DNA of 64,000 nucleotides from an uncultured Gemmatimonadales bacterium (GTDB lineage Bacteria > Gemmatimonadota > Gemmatimonadetes > Longimicrobiales > Gaopeijiaceae), in NCBI GenBank assembly GCA_963809895.1, contig CAWELD010000004.1:32001-96000 (forward strand). Reading direction: 5' to 3'. A program made the translations under genes and the position numbers. Of the stretch, positions 34,182 to 42,618 are shown in pieces; within the stretch, counting starts at the first letter, position 1; each line of letters opens with the position of its first letter. The notes under the pieces were generated by a model, which was not told the origin of the DNA, searched no databases, and saw nothing but the letters and a program-made list of their open reading frames with translations.

Positions 34182-35150
34182 CTATCCGAGCACGGCTCGC
34201 TTCATGGCGTCGGCGGCGCGACGCACGAAGGCCTCGACCCCCGAGCGTTGCGCGGCGGCATTCCCCATCGCCACCACCGCCTCGGCCTCGAGCACGGCGC
34301 CGGTCCAGCCCTCGGTGTGCCATCCCCCGGGCCCGTCCAGGACGGGCAGCTCGACCGGATCGGGTGCCGGCCATCCGTTGACGTAGAAGTAGGGGGCGTC
34401 GTAGCTCCCGTCGCCAGGTGACATCCCCACGCCGACGTAGCGGGGGTCCGGGCCCTCGCCGTCGCCGCTCTCCGCGCCGTCGCCCGCTCGATCCTCGCCT
34501 CCATACGTCAGCAGCGCGGCCATGTCGAAATGGTGCGGCCAGCAGCGAACGACAGACGCTTCCGGCGTGGCGGCGGACAACGGCGCCAGGACCGCGAAGG
34601 CGTCCTGGTACCAACGCGCCAGCTCCTCGAGGGCGTCTGCACCGGCCCGGAGGGGGGCGCCGCCGGTGGTGGTAGCGGCGCGGCCGTGGTCGCCTTCGCT
34701 GGCGGCGCGGCTGCCGCCGCCGTCGCCGTCGGACCGCGGAGGGATCTCGTACTCGGGCCAAGCCATCGCCACCGGGGCCCCGCCACGCGCCTCACCGACG
34801 GCGGCGCCCAGCCACGTTCGCGCTCCCTGCACGGTCTCGCCCTCGAGGTCGAGGGTCGCCAGCACTTCGGCGCCGCGGCGCAGTTCGAGCCGGAGTTCGG
34901 CGACCCGCACCGCGGCCCGCAGGCCATCAGCGGCGGCCTGACTCAGGAAGGTCCCCTGGCCCGCCTGCCAGTCCAGGCTGCGGTGGCTGTCGTCGTCGCG
35001 TGGTTCGACCAGCGTGTGCCCGAACGACGCCAACAGCTGGACCGCGTGATGGACGACCAGGCGGGGGCGTTCGAGGCGGGTCGGAGGGACGGCGCCCAGC
35101 CGGGCCCAGGTGGGCTCGTGGGCTTGGCCGTCCAGGGAGGAGGATCTCAT
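34182..35150 (-). CDS. hypothetical protein (DUF5996-like)
   Basis: HHAVQL, CWPHHFD, GMSPGDGSYDAPYFYV, GGWHTEGWTGAVL. Confidence 0.7.
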   Translation of the reverse strand: MRSSSLDGQAHEPTWARLGAVPPTRLERPRLVVHHAVQLLASFGHTLVEPRDDDSHRSLDWQAGQGTFLSQAAADGLRAAVRVAELRLELRRGAEVLATLDLEGETVQGARTWLGAAVGEARGGAPVAMAWPEYEIPPRSDGDGGGSRAASEGDHGRAATTTGGAPLRAGADALEELARWYQDAFAVLAPLSAATPEASVVRCWPHHFDMAALLTYGGEDRAGDGAESGDGEGPDPRYVGVGMSPGDGSYDAPYFYVNGWPAPDPVELPVLDGPGGWHTEGWTGAVLEAEAVVAMGNAAAQRSGVEAFVRRAADAMKRAVLG

Positions 35151-35359
35151 CACGCGCTCTCGATTGCTGGATCAGGGGTTCGGCTACCCACTCCAATGCC
35201 TTTGCCGTGCGCTCTGTTCCTGGCCGCCCCTCGTCGCCCACCTCCGCGTGTCGGGAACATCTGCCGGGCCCTCTTGCTTCGGACCTACCGAACGACCGAT
35301 CCGCCGACCCACCCCGGGTGGAACCGACGGATCCCTCACCCGCAACAGGAGGAACCGTC

Positions 35360-35803
35360 ATGTCCGGACGACTCGATCTCGGACGCGCCGTGCTCGCTGG
35401 AGTCCTCGGTACCGCCGCCATGACGCTCGTCGGCGTGTACGTGGCGCCGATCATGGGAATCCCTCGCATGAACCCCGCCGTCATGCTCGCGGGAGCCATG
35501 GGCGGCAACCTGGTTCTGGGGTGGATGGGCCACCTCATGATCGGTATCGTCCTGGCCCTCGGTTTCGCCCTGGTTGCTCCGGCGCTGCCGGGCCCGGCCG
35601 CGCTTCGTGGCGCCCTGTGGGGCCTCGCACCCTTCTTCCTGGCCCAGATCGTCGTGATGCCGATGATGGGCATGGCCGTCTTCTCCGGTTCCCTCGTGAT
35701 GGCCATGGGCAGCCTGGTCGGCCACCTGGTCTACGGCGGGGTCGTCGGAAGCATCTATGGGACGCCGGATTCGGCCGGGAGCGTGGCGCACGCGACGGCG
35801 TGA
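35360..35803 (+). CDS. Met/Gly-rich four-TM membrane protein
   Basis: AGGAGG RBS; GWMGHLMIG and VGHLVYG motifs. Confidence 0.8.
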   Translation: MSGRLDLGRAVLAGVLGTAAMTLVGVYVAPIMGIPRMNPAVMLAGAMGGNLVLGWMGHLMIGIVLALGFALVAPALPGPAALRGALWGLAPFFLAQIVVMPMMGMAVFSGSLVMAMGSLVGHLVYGGVVGSIYGTPDSAGSVAHATA

Positions 35804-35868
35804 CCCCCAGGCGGGAGGCGCCGGCCGCAGCCGGCCCGGCGCCTCCCGGCGGATCCGCCCCGACGATC

Positions 35869-36471
35869 ATGGACGTGCCCGGTCAGCGTGAGCGCCGCAC
35901 GGCGAGCTTCGAGGAGGAGGCACTCCCCTATCTCGACGCCGTGTACCGCTTCGCCGTGCGTCTCACCGGCGCGCGGGAGCAGGCCGAGGATCTCGCCCAG
36001 GAGACCTTCCTGCAGGCGTTCAAGGCCTGGGATCAATACACGCCTGGCACCCGATGCAAGAGCTGGCTCTTCACCATCGCCCGCAACCTGCATCTCCGCG
36101 GCGCCAACCGCCGGCATCGCTACGACGAGATCCTCGCCGAGAACGCCGGGAGATCGTGGGATCCGGAGAATCCCGTGAATCCGCTCTGGGCATCGATCGT
36201 CGCCGTGGATCCCGAGGGTGAGTTCTTCAGCTCTATCGTGGACGAACGCGTGCTCACTGCGATGGACGACCTGCCCGAGGAGTTTCGCACCGCCGTGATG
36301 CTCTGCGATGTCGAGGGCCTCACCTACGAGGAGATCGCCGCCCTCATGGAGGTTCCGGTAGGCACGGTGAAGAGTCGCCTGTATCGCGGTCGCCGACAGC
36401 TCCAGGAGACCCTGTACGACTACGCGGTGGCGGCGGGCTACATCTCGCCGCGCACACCGCCGAAGCCCTGA
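35869..36471 (+). CDS. ECF sigma factor (SigH/SigR-like)
   Basis: AEDLAQETF, KSWLFTIARN, YEEIA..VGTVKSRLYRGR. Confidence 0.92.
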   Translation: MDVPGQRERRTASFEEEALPYLDAVYRFAVRLTGAREQAEDLAQETFLQAFKAWDQYTPGTRCKSWLFTIARNLHLRGANRRHRYDEILAENAGRSWDPENPVNPLWASIVAVDPEGEFFSSIVDERVLTAMDDLPEEFRTAVMLCDVEGLTYEEIAALMEVPVGTVKSRLYRGRRQLQETLYDYAVAAGYISPRTPPKP

Positions 36472-36493
36472 CCGACGAGGAGGGGGAGAGGCC

Positions 36494-36802
36494 ATGACCT
36501 TCGCAGGCTGGCTCCGGGGATTGCTCGCCCGGAAGGACCCCGCCCGGAATGAGACCCGTTCCGGGATCACATGCTCCGAGGCGTTGGCCGCGCTGCAGGC
36601 CTACCTCGACGGGCGCCTGACCGGGGATGATCACGACCGGGTGAAAGCGCACCTCGACGTCTGCGCGCGCTGCTACCCCCGACTCAGACTCGAAGAGTCG
36701 TTCCGGCTCGCCGTGCAACGCGCGGCCAGAGGAGAGCGGGCTTCCCCCGCCCTGCGCGGCCGCCTCCAAGCCCTGCTCCGGGAGGCCGCCCTCGACGATT
36801 GA
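36494..36802 (+). CDS. zinc-finger (ZAS, zf-HC2) anti-sigma factor
   Basis: C..YLDG..HLDVCARC (HxxxCxxC), directly after the ECF gene. Confidence 0.9.
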   Translation: MTFAGWLRGLLARKDPARNETRSGITCSEALAALQAYLDGRLTGDDHDRVKAHLDVCARCYPRLRLEESFRLAVQRAARGERASPALRGRLQALLREAALDD

Positions 36803-36941
36803 GCGGAAATGTCGCTCGGCCCATGGGCGCCCGTGCGCCGAGCGGCAACAGCGACCGGCCCGATGCTTGCAAGTCCCTTCGCGCATCCCGACCGGCTCGC
36901 GGCAGCCGCTCGCAACGTCCATCGCGCGCACGGAGCATCCA

Positions 36942-37379
36942 ATGAGCCCGAAACGATACCTGTTGAGCCGGGACGCCCGCACCGTCCTGGACGAGCTGGG
37001 CATCGACCTGTTCTACGTCGATGGCGGCCTCGTCTGGATGGGCGGCACCGAAGGGAGCCCCTACTCGCCGGCGTCGATGGAGTCCGTGGAGGACGCGTGT
37101 GCGGCCGTCCATGACGCCGGCTCGTTCCGGGACGAGGCGCACCGCTTCGAGGTCTTTCTGGCGCGTCTCGACTCCGAACAGGGTCCGGCCATGGCCCCCC
37201 CTCGGCCTGAGCCCCTCGGTCAGACCCTTCGCTCGCTGGGTGCGGCATCGCCGAACGCCGTCGTGGACGGTCGCACCCCCGAGCTGTCACGCTGGGAGCG
37301 GATCCTGTATGAGCTCCGCCCCGATCGCCCTCGTCGCCCCCGTCGCCGCCATTCCCGGAGGACCGGCGCCGGCGAATAG
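36942..37379 (+). CDS. hypothetical protein
   Basis: GGAG RBS, ATG start, coding-like codon usage; no recognisable motif. Confidence 0.55.
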   Translation: MSPKRYLLSRDARTVLDELGIDLFYVDGGLVWMGGTEGSPYSPASMESVEDACAAVHDAGSFRDEAHRFEVFLARLDSEQGPAMAPPRPEPLGQTLRSLGAASPNAVVDGRTPELSRWERILYELRPDRPRRPRRRHSRRTGAGE

Positions 37380-37544
37380 CACCCCAGGTTGGGCGGCCGA
37401 GGTCGCCTCCGACGCCCGCCCCGGGCGCGCGACCGACGAGGGGCCGACGGGTCGGGCGTCCGAATGGGCTGTTATCGGGACCGGCGGGGCCTCCGACCGC
37501 ATCGGGCCGGCGGGCCCCCAACCTCGTCGGGCCGGCCGCGCCGC

Positions 37545-37598
37545 CCCCGACCTCGCCGCCGGCCCCGACCTCGTCGCCGGCCCCGACCTCGTCGCCAA
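37545..37598. repeat. 18-bp tandem repeat x3
   Basis: CCCCGACCTCG(C/T)CGCC(GG/AA) at 37545, 37563 and 37581. Confidence 0.85.
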
Positions 37599-37634
37599 CT
37601 GGTAACTGGAGGGGGGTATTTCGACGATCTGCCA

Positions 37635-37723
37635 ATTCGACTCGCTCAGCGAGTTGAATCCGTAGAACCGGCGATCCGGCCCGTCACGACCTGTCGAGAT
37701 TGACTCGCTCAGCGAGTCGAATC
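37635..37723. repeat. pair of ~26-bp palindromes (63-bp period)
   Basis: ATTCGACTCGCTCAGCGAGTTGAATC and GATTGACTCGCTCAGCGAGTCGAATC. Confidence 0.85.
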
Positions 37724-37850
37724 GGTGAATGGTGATCGAGAGGGCCTCCATTGTCCCGTTGGCGTCGGGTCTTCGAGCCCGCCATCGGAACCGCCGCCGG
37801 GCGCCTCCACCCCGGCGGGCTGCCGCGGAGACCGCCTGGCCGCCGACTCC

Positions 37851-38399
37851 TCAGCCGCCTCCGCCCTGGCTCGACGGCGGCACCATGCCATTCAGCCGGA
37901 AGTAGGTGATGAGGTTCCCATAGTGCTCGAAGTCGTGCGACACGTTGTAGATGAGCGGGAAGAGGCGGTTCTGCCGGCCGCCGAACGCAGCGCTCGGTGC
38001 GGCCAGGTCCGCGGCGCTCATGTCGCTGTAGAGCTCGTCGCAGTAGGCGAACGAGGCCGCGAGCGCCTCCATGATCTCGGACTTGGTGGCGAGCTTCTCG
38101 GCATCCCCCGGCGCCGGGTTGTCCTCGTTCCGGGCAGCAGAGCAGAAGTAGTACTGGTCGTTGGTCACGTGTCCCAGGATTTCGCCGAACGAGCGCACCT
38201 CGGGTGTGGGCCGATACGAGAACTCGTCCTCGGGCATCTGCTCGGCCGACTGGGTCAGATAGCCCTTCACCTGCATGTACAGCGGCCGCAGCGCGTCCAA
38301 CGAGGTGTTCGAGCCCGAAGCCATGGCGGCCTGCTGGGCACCGAGTGGCGCCGCCGCGCACAGGGCCAGGACCGGCATCATCATCCAATTCCGCTTCAT
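37851..38399 (-). CDS. secreted DinB family protein
   Basis: AEQMPEDEFSYRPTPEVRSFGEILGH...HDFEHYGNLITYFRLNGMVPPSS. Confidence 0.9.
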   Translation of the reverse strand: MKRNWMMMPVLALCAAAPLGAQQAAMASGSNTSLDALRPLYMQVKGYLTQSAEQMPEDEFSYRPTPEVRSFGEILGHVTNDQYYFCSAARNEDNPAPGDAEKLATKSEIMEALAASFAYCDELYSDMSAADLAAPSAAFGGRQNRLFPLIYNVSHDFEHYGNLITYFRLNGMVPPSSQGGGG

Positions 38400-38627
38400 C
38401 ACGTCACCTCCACTCGAGAGCGGGCCTCGTAGTTCCCGTGGCGCCGCGCGGCCCGACCCGGCCCGGCGCCCACCGACACGATCGGGGCGGAAAGCGCGCC
38501 GATCAAGGGATTGTCTGCCGACGGCGCATCCATGCGACGCGGGGTCCGCCCCCCTGGCGCAGAGTCCCCGGAGGGCCGACCCTGATCTCGTCACATCGCT
38601 TCGCCGCCCCCGGAGTCCCCGCGCGCC

Positions 38628-39221
38628 ATGCCCGATGTCCGCCTCCAGTCCCAACTCCGCTTCATCGCCGAAATCGACAAGCTCAAGAACATCGAGCGAA
38701 TGATCAGCGTCATCGGAGGGACGCGCCGCGAGAACAGCGCAGAGCACTCGTGGCACCTGGCGACCATGGCGCCGCTGCTGGCCGAGTACGCCCCCGAGGG
38801 CACCGACGTGCTGCGGGTCCAGACCATGCTCCTGATCCACGACATCGTGGAGATCGATGCCGGCGACACCTTCGCCTTCGACGCCGAGCTGGCAGCCGAT
38901 CAGCACGAGCGGGAAAGGCGGGCGGCCGAACGCCTCTTCGGCATCCTCCCCGACGACCAGGGCGCCGAGCTCCGCGAGTGCTGGCTCGAGTTCGAGCGAG
39001 GTGACACCCCCGAAGCCCGCTACGCCGTGGCCCTCGACCGTTTCCAGGCGCTCCTCATGAACCGGGGCAACGGCGGCGGTACCTGGAAGATCCACGGCAT
39101 CTCACGCGAGCAGGTCCTGGACCGCATGGCACCGATCCGTGATGCGGCACCGGCGCTCTGGAACGTGGTGTTGGCGGTGATGGACGAGGTGGGATTGGAT
39201 TCCTCCGAGAACGATACGTAG
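38628..39221 (+). CDS. HD domain phosphohydrolase
   Basis: RENSAEHSWH, IHDIVEIDAGD, ALDRFQ. Confidence 0.9.
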   Translation: MPDVRLQSQLRFIAEIDKLKNIERMISVIGGTRRENSAEHSWHLATMAPLLAEYAPEGTDVLRVQTMLLIHDIVEIDAGDTFAFDAELAADQHERERRAAERLFGILPDDQGAELRECWLEFERGDTPEARYAVALDRFQALLMNRGNGGGTWKIHGISREQVLDRMAPIRDAAPALWNVVLAVMDEVGLDSSENDT

Positions 39222-39272
39222 CTGGCAGTCGCCAGAACGAGCTCGCGGCCGACCTCCGGGCCCTCCTCTTCC

Positions 39273-39324
39273 TTGACAACCCCGGCCGGCAAGCTCCATC
39301 CTTACCCCTCAACACTCACGGGGA
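39273..39324 (+). promoter_or_regulatory. padR promoter and operator
   Basis: TTGACA -35, CATCCT -10-like, then a CCCCT..GGGG dyad before the start. Confidence 0.5.
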
Positions 39325-39343
39325 ACGTTCTGGGGGCAATCCC

Positions 39344-39682
39344 ATGCCGGACGACCTGCCGCTTCTGAAGGGCACGCTGGACCTCCTGATCCTCAAGGCG
39401 CTGAGCGTCGAGCCCACGCACGGCTACGGTATCGCCCGCTGGCTGGAGGCGCGGTCCGGGGGCGCGTTGGGCATCGACGACAGCGCGCTCTATCAGGCGC
39501 TCCACCGCCTCGAAGCCCGGGGACTCCTCACGGCGTCGTGGGGCCGCTCCGAGAACAACCGCCGCGCCCGCTTCTACGAGCTCTCGCCCAAGGGGCGGGG
39601 CCAGCTGGCGGACCAGGCCGACACCTGGACGCGCTACGCGCGCTCGGTGGAGCATGTGCTGGCCGCGGAGGGCGGGGAGTAG
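39344..39682 (+). CDS. PadR family transcriptional regulator
   Basis: LKGTLDLLILKAL...HGYGIA...LYQALHRLE...SENNRRARFY. Confidence 0.95.
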   Translation: MPDDLPLLKGTLDLLILKALSVEPTHGYGIARWLEARSGGALGIDDSALYQALHRLEARGLLTASWGRSENNRRARFYELSPKGRGQLADQADTWTRYARSVEHVLAAEGGE

Positions 39683-39736
39683 CGCAGCCCCGCGAGCATC
39701 CGTGTCGCACCGGGAGCGACGAAGCGCGGCTCCCGC

Positions 39737-42415
39737 GTGGCGGGCCACGCGCCCGCGCCGAGACGGGACGACGAGGAGGAGGACATGGGCAAGAGGGAGC
39801 GAGACCGCATCCGCCGCGACCTCGAAGAGGAGCGCGCGGCGCACCTCGACATGCGTACCGAGCAGCTCGTGGCCGAGGGGATGGACCCCGACGCGGCGCG
39901 CGAAGAGGCTCGCCGCCGCTTCGGCGACATGGACGAGGCTCGTCGCCGGACCGAAGCCAGCGCCCGGGCTCTGGCCCGCAGCCGCCGCCGGACCGCCTGG
40001 GGGACCAGCGTCGCCCGGTGGCTCCGCTATACGGTGCGCCGGGCCTGGCGTTCACGAGGCTATACCCAGATCTCGATCCTCATCTACGCGCTGAGCGTCG
40101 GGCTCACGACCTTCACCTTCATGATGGCCGATCAGGTTCTCCTGCGGCCGCTCCCGTTCCCGGAGCCGGACCGCCTGATCGCCCTGCAGGGTGTGGCAGA
40201 GAAGGGCAACCCCGTCTCCCGGGTCTCCATGGGGAACTGGGTGGATTGGAAGGAGGGCGCCACGACGCTGGCCTCCACGGCCCTCTTCAGCGCTGAAGAC
40301 GCCAGCGTCCTCCTGGGAGCCGACGACGCGTCGTGGGTCAGAGCCGCCACGGTGCACGGACCCTTCTTCCGCACCATGGGCATTCCCGCGGCCGTGGGCC
40401 GGACCCTCACCGAAGACGACGGCCAGAGCCGGGCGCCGGTGGTGGTGATCAGCCAGACCTTCTGGATGAGCGCCTTCGGCGGAAACCCGGACCTGGAATC
40501 CCTGGACCTCACGGTGAACGGGCGCCGGGTCCAGGTGGTGGGGGTGGTCGCGGCCGGACGAGAATTCCCCGAGGGCACCCAGGTCTGGATCCCCTTGCCC
40601 TACCGGGCCGAGTCGGGTGCGATGAGGAACAACATCAACTACGAGGCGGTGGCCCGCCTCGAGCCCGCCGTCACCCCGGAACGTGCCGAGCAGGAGCTCG
40701 ACCGCATCGCCGACGCCATCCGCGAACGCGAGCCGGAAGCCATCTACTCCTACGGGGTCCACGTTCTGCCCCTGCGGGACACCGTGGTGGGCGATGCCCG
40801 GAACTGGCTTCGGCTTCTCGCCGGCGCCGTGATCTTCGTGCTCCTGGTGGCGTGCGCGAACCTGGCCGGGCTGGGCCTGGCCCGGAGCCGCCGCCGCGAG
40901 CAGGACACCGCCGTCCGTCTGGCACTGGGGGCGGGCCGCGGGCAGCTGGTGGCCGACCAGCTGGCCGAACATCTGCTCCTCGCCCTGCTGGGGGGCACGC
41001 TGGGGGTGGCGCTGGCCGCGGTGGGCAGCGGCGCGCTCCTGCGACTGTTCGCCGACCACCTGCCCCGCTCGGCAGAAGTGGGATTCGACACCAGGATCGC
41101 CGCGTTCGGGATCCTGGCGGCGCTGGCCGCCGGCGTCCTCGCGGGCCTGGCGCCGGCCCTGCTCGGAGCTCGAAACGTGGCGCCCGGGCTCGCCGGAGGC
41201 GCCCGGGGATCCGTGCGCGGCGGCCGCCGCATGCCCGGTGTCCTCATGGTGGGCACGGAGATCGCGCTGGCGGTCATGCTCCTGGTCGGGGGCGGCCTCC
41301 TGCTGCGCTCGCTCCTCTCCATCGTTTCCCGAGACCTGGGCTTCGATCCCGACGACGTGGTCGTCCTCGACATCGCGCTGACGGCCCCGGAGTACCGCGA
41401 CCTCGGGACCCGCATGACATACTGGGATCGCCTCCTGGAGGGACTACGGGCCGATCCCGGCGTCGTTCAGGCAGGCCTCGGAAACTGGATCCCCACGGGG
41501 GGCGGAGGCACGAGCTTCATCGAGCTCGACGGGCTGCCCGATCCGAACGGCGGCGCGGGCTACCGGGTCGTGAGCGACGGCTACTTCGACGCCATGGGGA
41601 TTCCGCTGCTGCAGGGACGCCGCTTCGACCGCGGTGATGCGCTGGGCACGGAGCGCGTGGGCCTCGTGAACCAGGCGGCGGCCCGCGCCTTCTGGCCCGA
41701 CGAGGACCCTCTGGGAAAGCGCATCAAGGCGCCCAGCATGGAGGCCTACTACAACGGCGGCACGGCCGACTGGATCACCGTGGTCGGGGTCGTGGGAGAC
41801 GTGCGCCACTACGGGCCCGAGTCCGACCCGAGGCCCGAGCTCTTCGTCCTCCATCGCCAGATGCCCGGGTGGACCGGGTACATGTCCGCCGTGGTCAAGG
41901 TGCGGCCCGGCGCGTCGGCCACCCTGCCCGCGTCGTTGCGGCAGACGGCCCGGGACCTGGACGAGCGCCTGCCCGTCCAGGTCGCTACGCTCGCGCAGCG
42001 GGTGCAGGCGCTGCTCAGCGAGCGGAAGCTCATTCTCGGGGTGCTGGCGACCTTCGCCGCCAGCGCCCTCCTCCTGGTGTGCCTGGGGATCTACGGCCTG
42101 GTGTCGTTCGCGGTCTCGGCGCGCACCCGCGAGATCGCCGTCCGCACCGCGCTGGGAGCCCAGAGAGGCGGGATCATGGCCATGGTGCTGGGCGACGCCG
42201 GCCGGGTGGCGTTGGCCGGTGCCGCCGTGGGACTCCTGCTGGCCCTGCTGCTGAGGCGGGCGCTGGACGCCATGGTGGTCGGGGTGTCCACCACGGATCC
42301 GGTCACCTACGTGGGCGCGGCGGTGCTCGTGGTGGCCTCCGCCCTGGCCGCCGCCTTCGTCCCCTCGATCCGCGCAGCACGACTCGATCCCCTGAAGGCG
42401 CTCACGAAGGACTGA
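39737..42415 (+). CDS. orphan ADOP ABC permease with permease-prefix domain
   Basis: AREEARRRFGD prefix; duplicated MacB/FtsX halves. Confidence 0.92.
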   Translation: MAGHAPAPRRDDEEEDMGKRERDRIRRDLEEERAAHLDMRTEQLVAEGMDPDAAREEARRRFGDMDEARRRTEASARALARSRRRTAWGTSVARWLRYTVRRAWRSRGYTQISILIYALSVGLTTFTFMMADQVLLRPLPFPEPDRLIALQGVAEKGNPVSRVSMGNWVDWKEGATTLASTALFSAEDASVLLGADDASWVRAATVHGPFFRTMGIPAAVGRTLTEDDGQSRAPVVVISQTFWMSAFGGNPDLESLDLTVNGRRVQVVGVVAAGREFPEGTQVWIPLPYRAESGAMRNNINYEAVARLEPAVTPERAEQELDRIADAIREREPEAIYSYGVHVLPLRDTVVGDARNWLRLLAGAVIFVLLVACANLAGLGLARSRRREQDTAVRLALGAGRGQLVADQLAEHLLLALLGGTLGVALAAVGSGALLRLFADHLPRSAEVGFDTRIAAFGILAALAAGVLAGLAPALLGARNVAPGLAGGARGSVRGGRRMPGVLMVGTEIALAVMLLVGGGLLLRSLLSIVSRDLGFDPDDVVVLDIALTAPEYRDLGTRMTYWDRLLEGLRADPGVVQAGLGNWIPTGGGGTSFIELDGLPDPNGGAGYRVVSDGYFDAMGIPLLQGRRFDRGDALGTERVGLVNQAAARAFWPDEDPLGKRIKAPSMEAYYNGGTADWITVVGVVGDVRHYGPESDPRPELFVLHRQMPGWTGYMSAVVKVRPGASATLPASLRQTARDLDERLPVQVATLAQRVQALLSERKLILGVLATFAASALLLVCLGIYGLVSFAVSARTREIAVRTALGAQRGGIMAMVLGDAGRVALAGAAVGLLLALLLRRALDAMVVGVSTTDPVTYVGAAVLVVASALAAAFVPSIRAARLDPLKALTKD

Positions 42416-42495
42416 AACCGCCGGGGCTCGCGCCACGGGGCCCTCTGCACGGGAAAACAGCGAGTCCATTCGGCCGCCGCGGACCCCTTGTCCAT

Positions 42496-42518
42496 CGTAG
42501 TCTGCAATGTACACTTCG
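42496..42518. promoter_or_regulatory. operator-like dyad (related copy at 47062-47084)
   Basis: CGTAGTCTGCAATGTACACTTCG. Confidence 0.5.
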
Positions 42519-42618
42519 ATGAGGAGACCGCCCCAGCAACCCCTGGATCCGCCCACTCCCTACCCGGATTTCCCATGAGCTTCCACGACCGGCTCGATCC
42601 CGAAGGCGGTTGCACGCC

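Noticed and set aside
37635..37723. CRISPR array
   Set aside because: Only two repeats, no leader or cas genes, and the repeat is fully palindromic. Kept as a repeat element instead.
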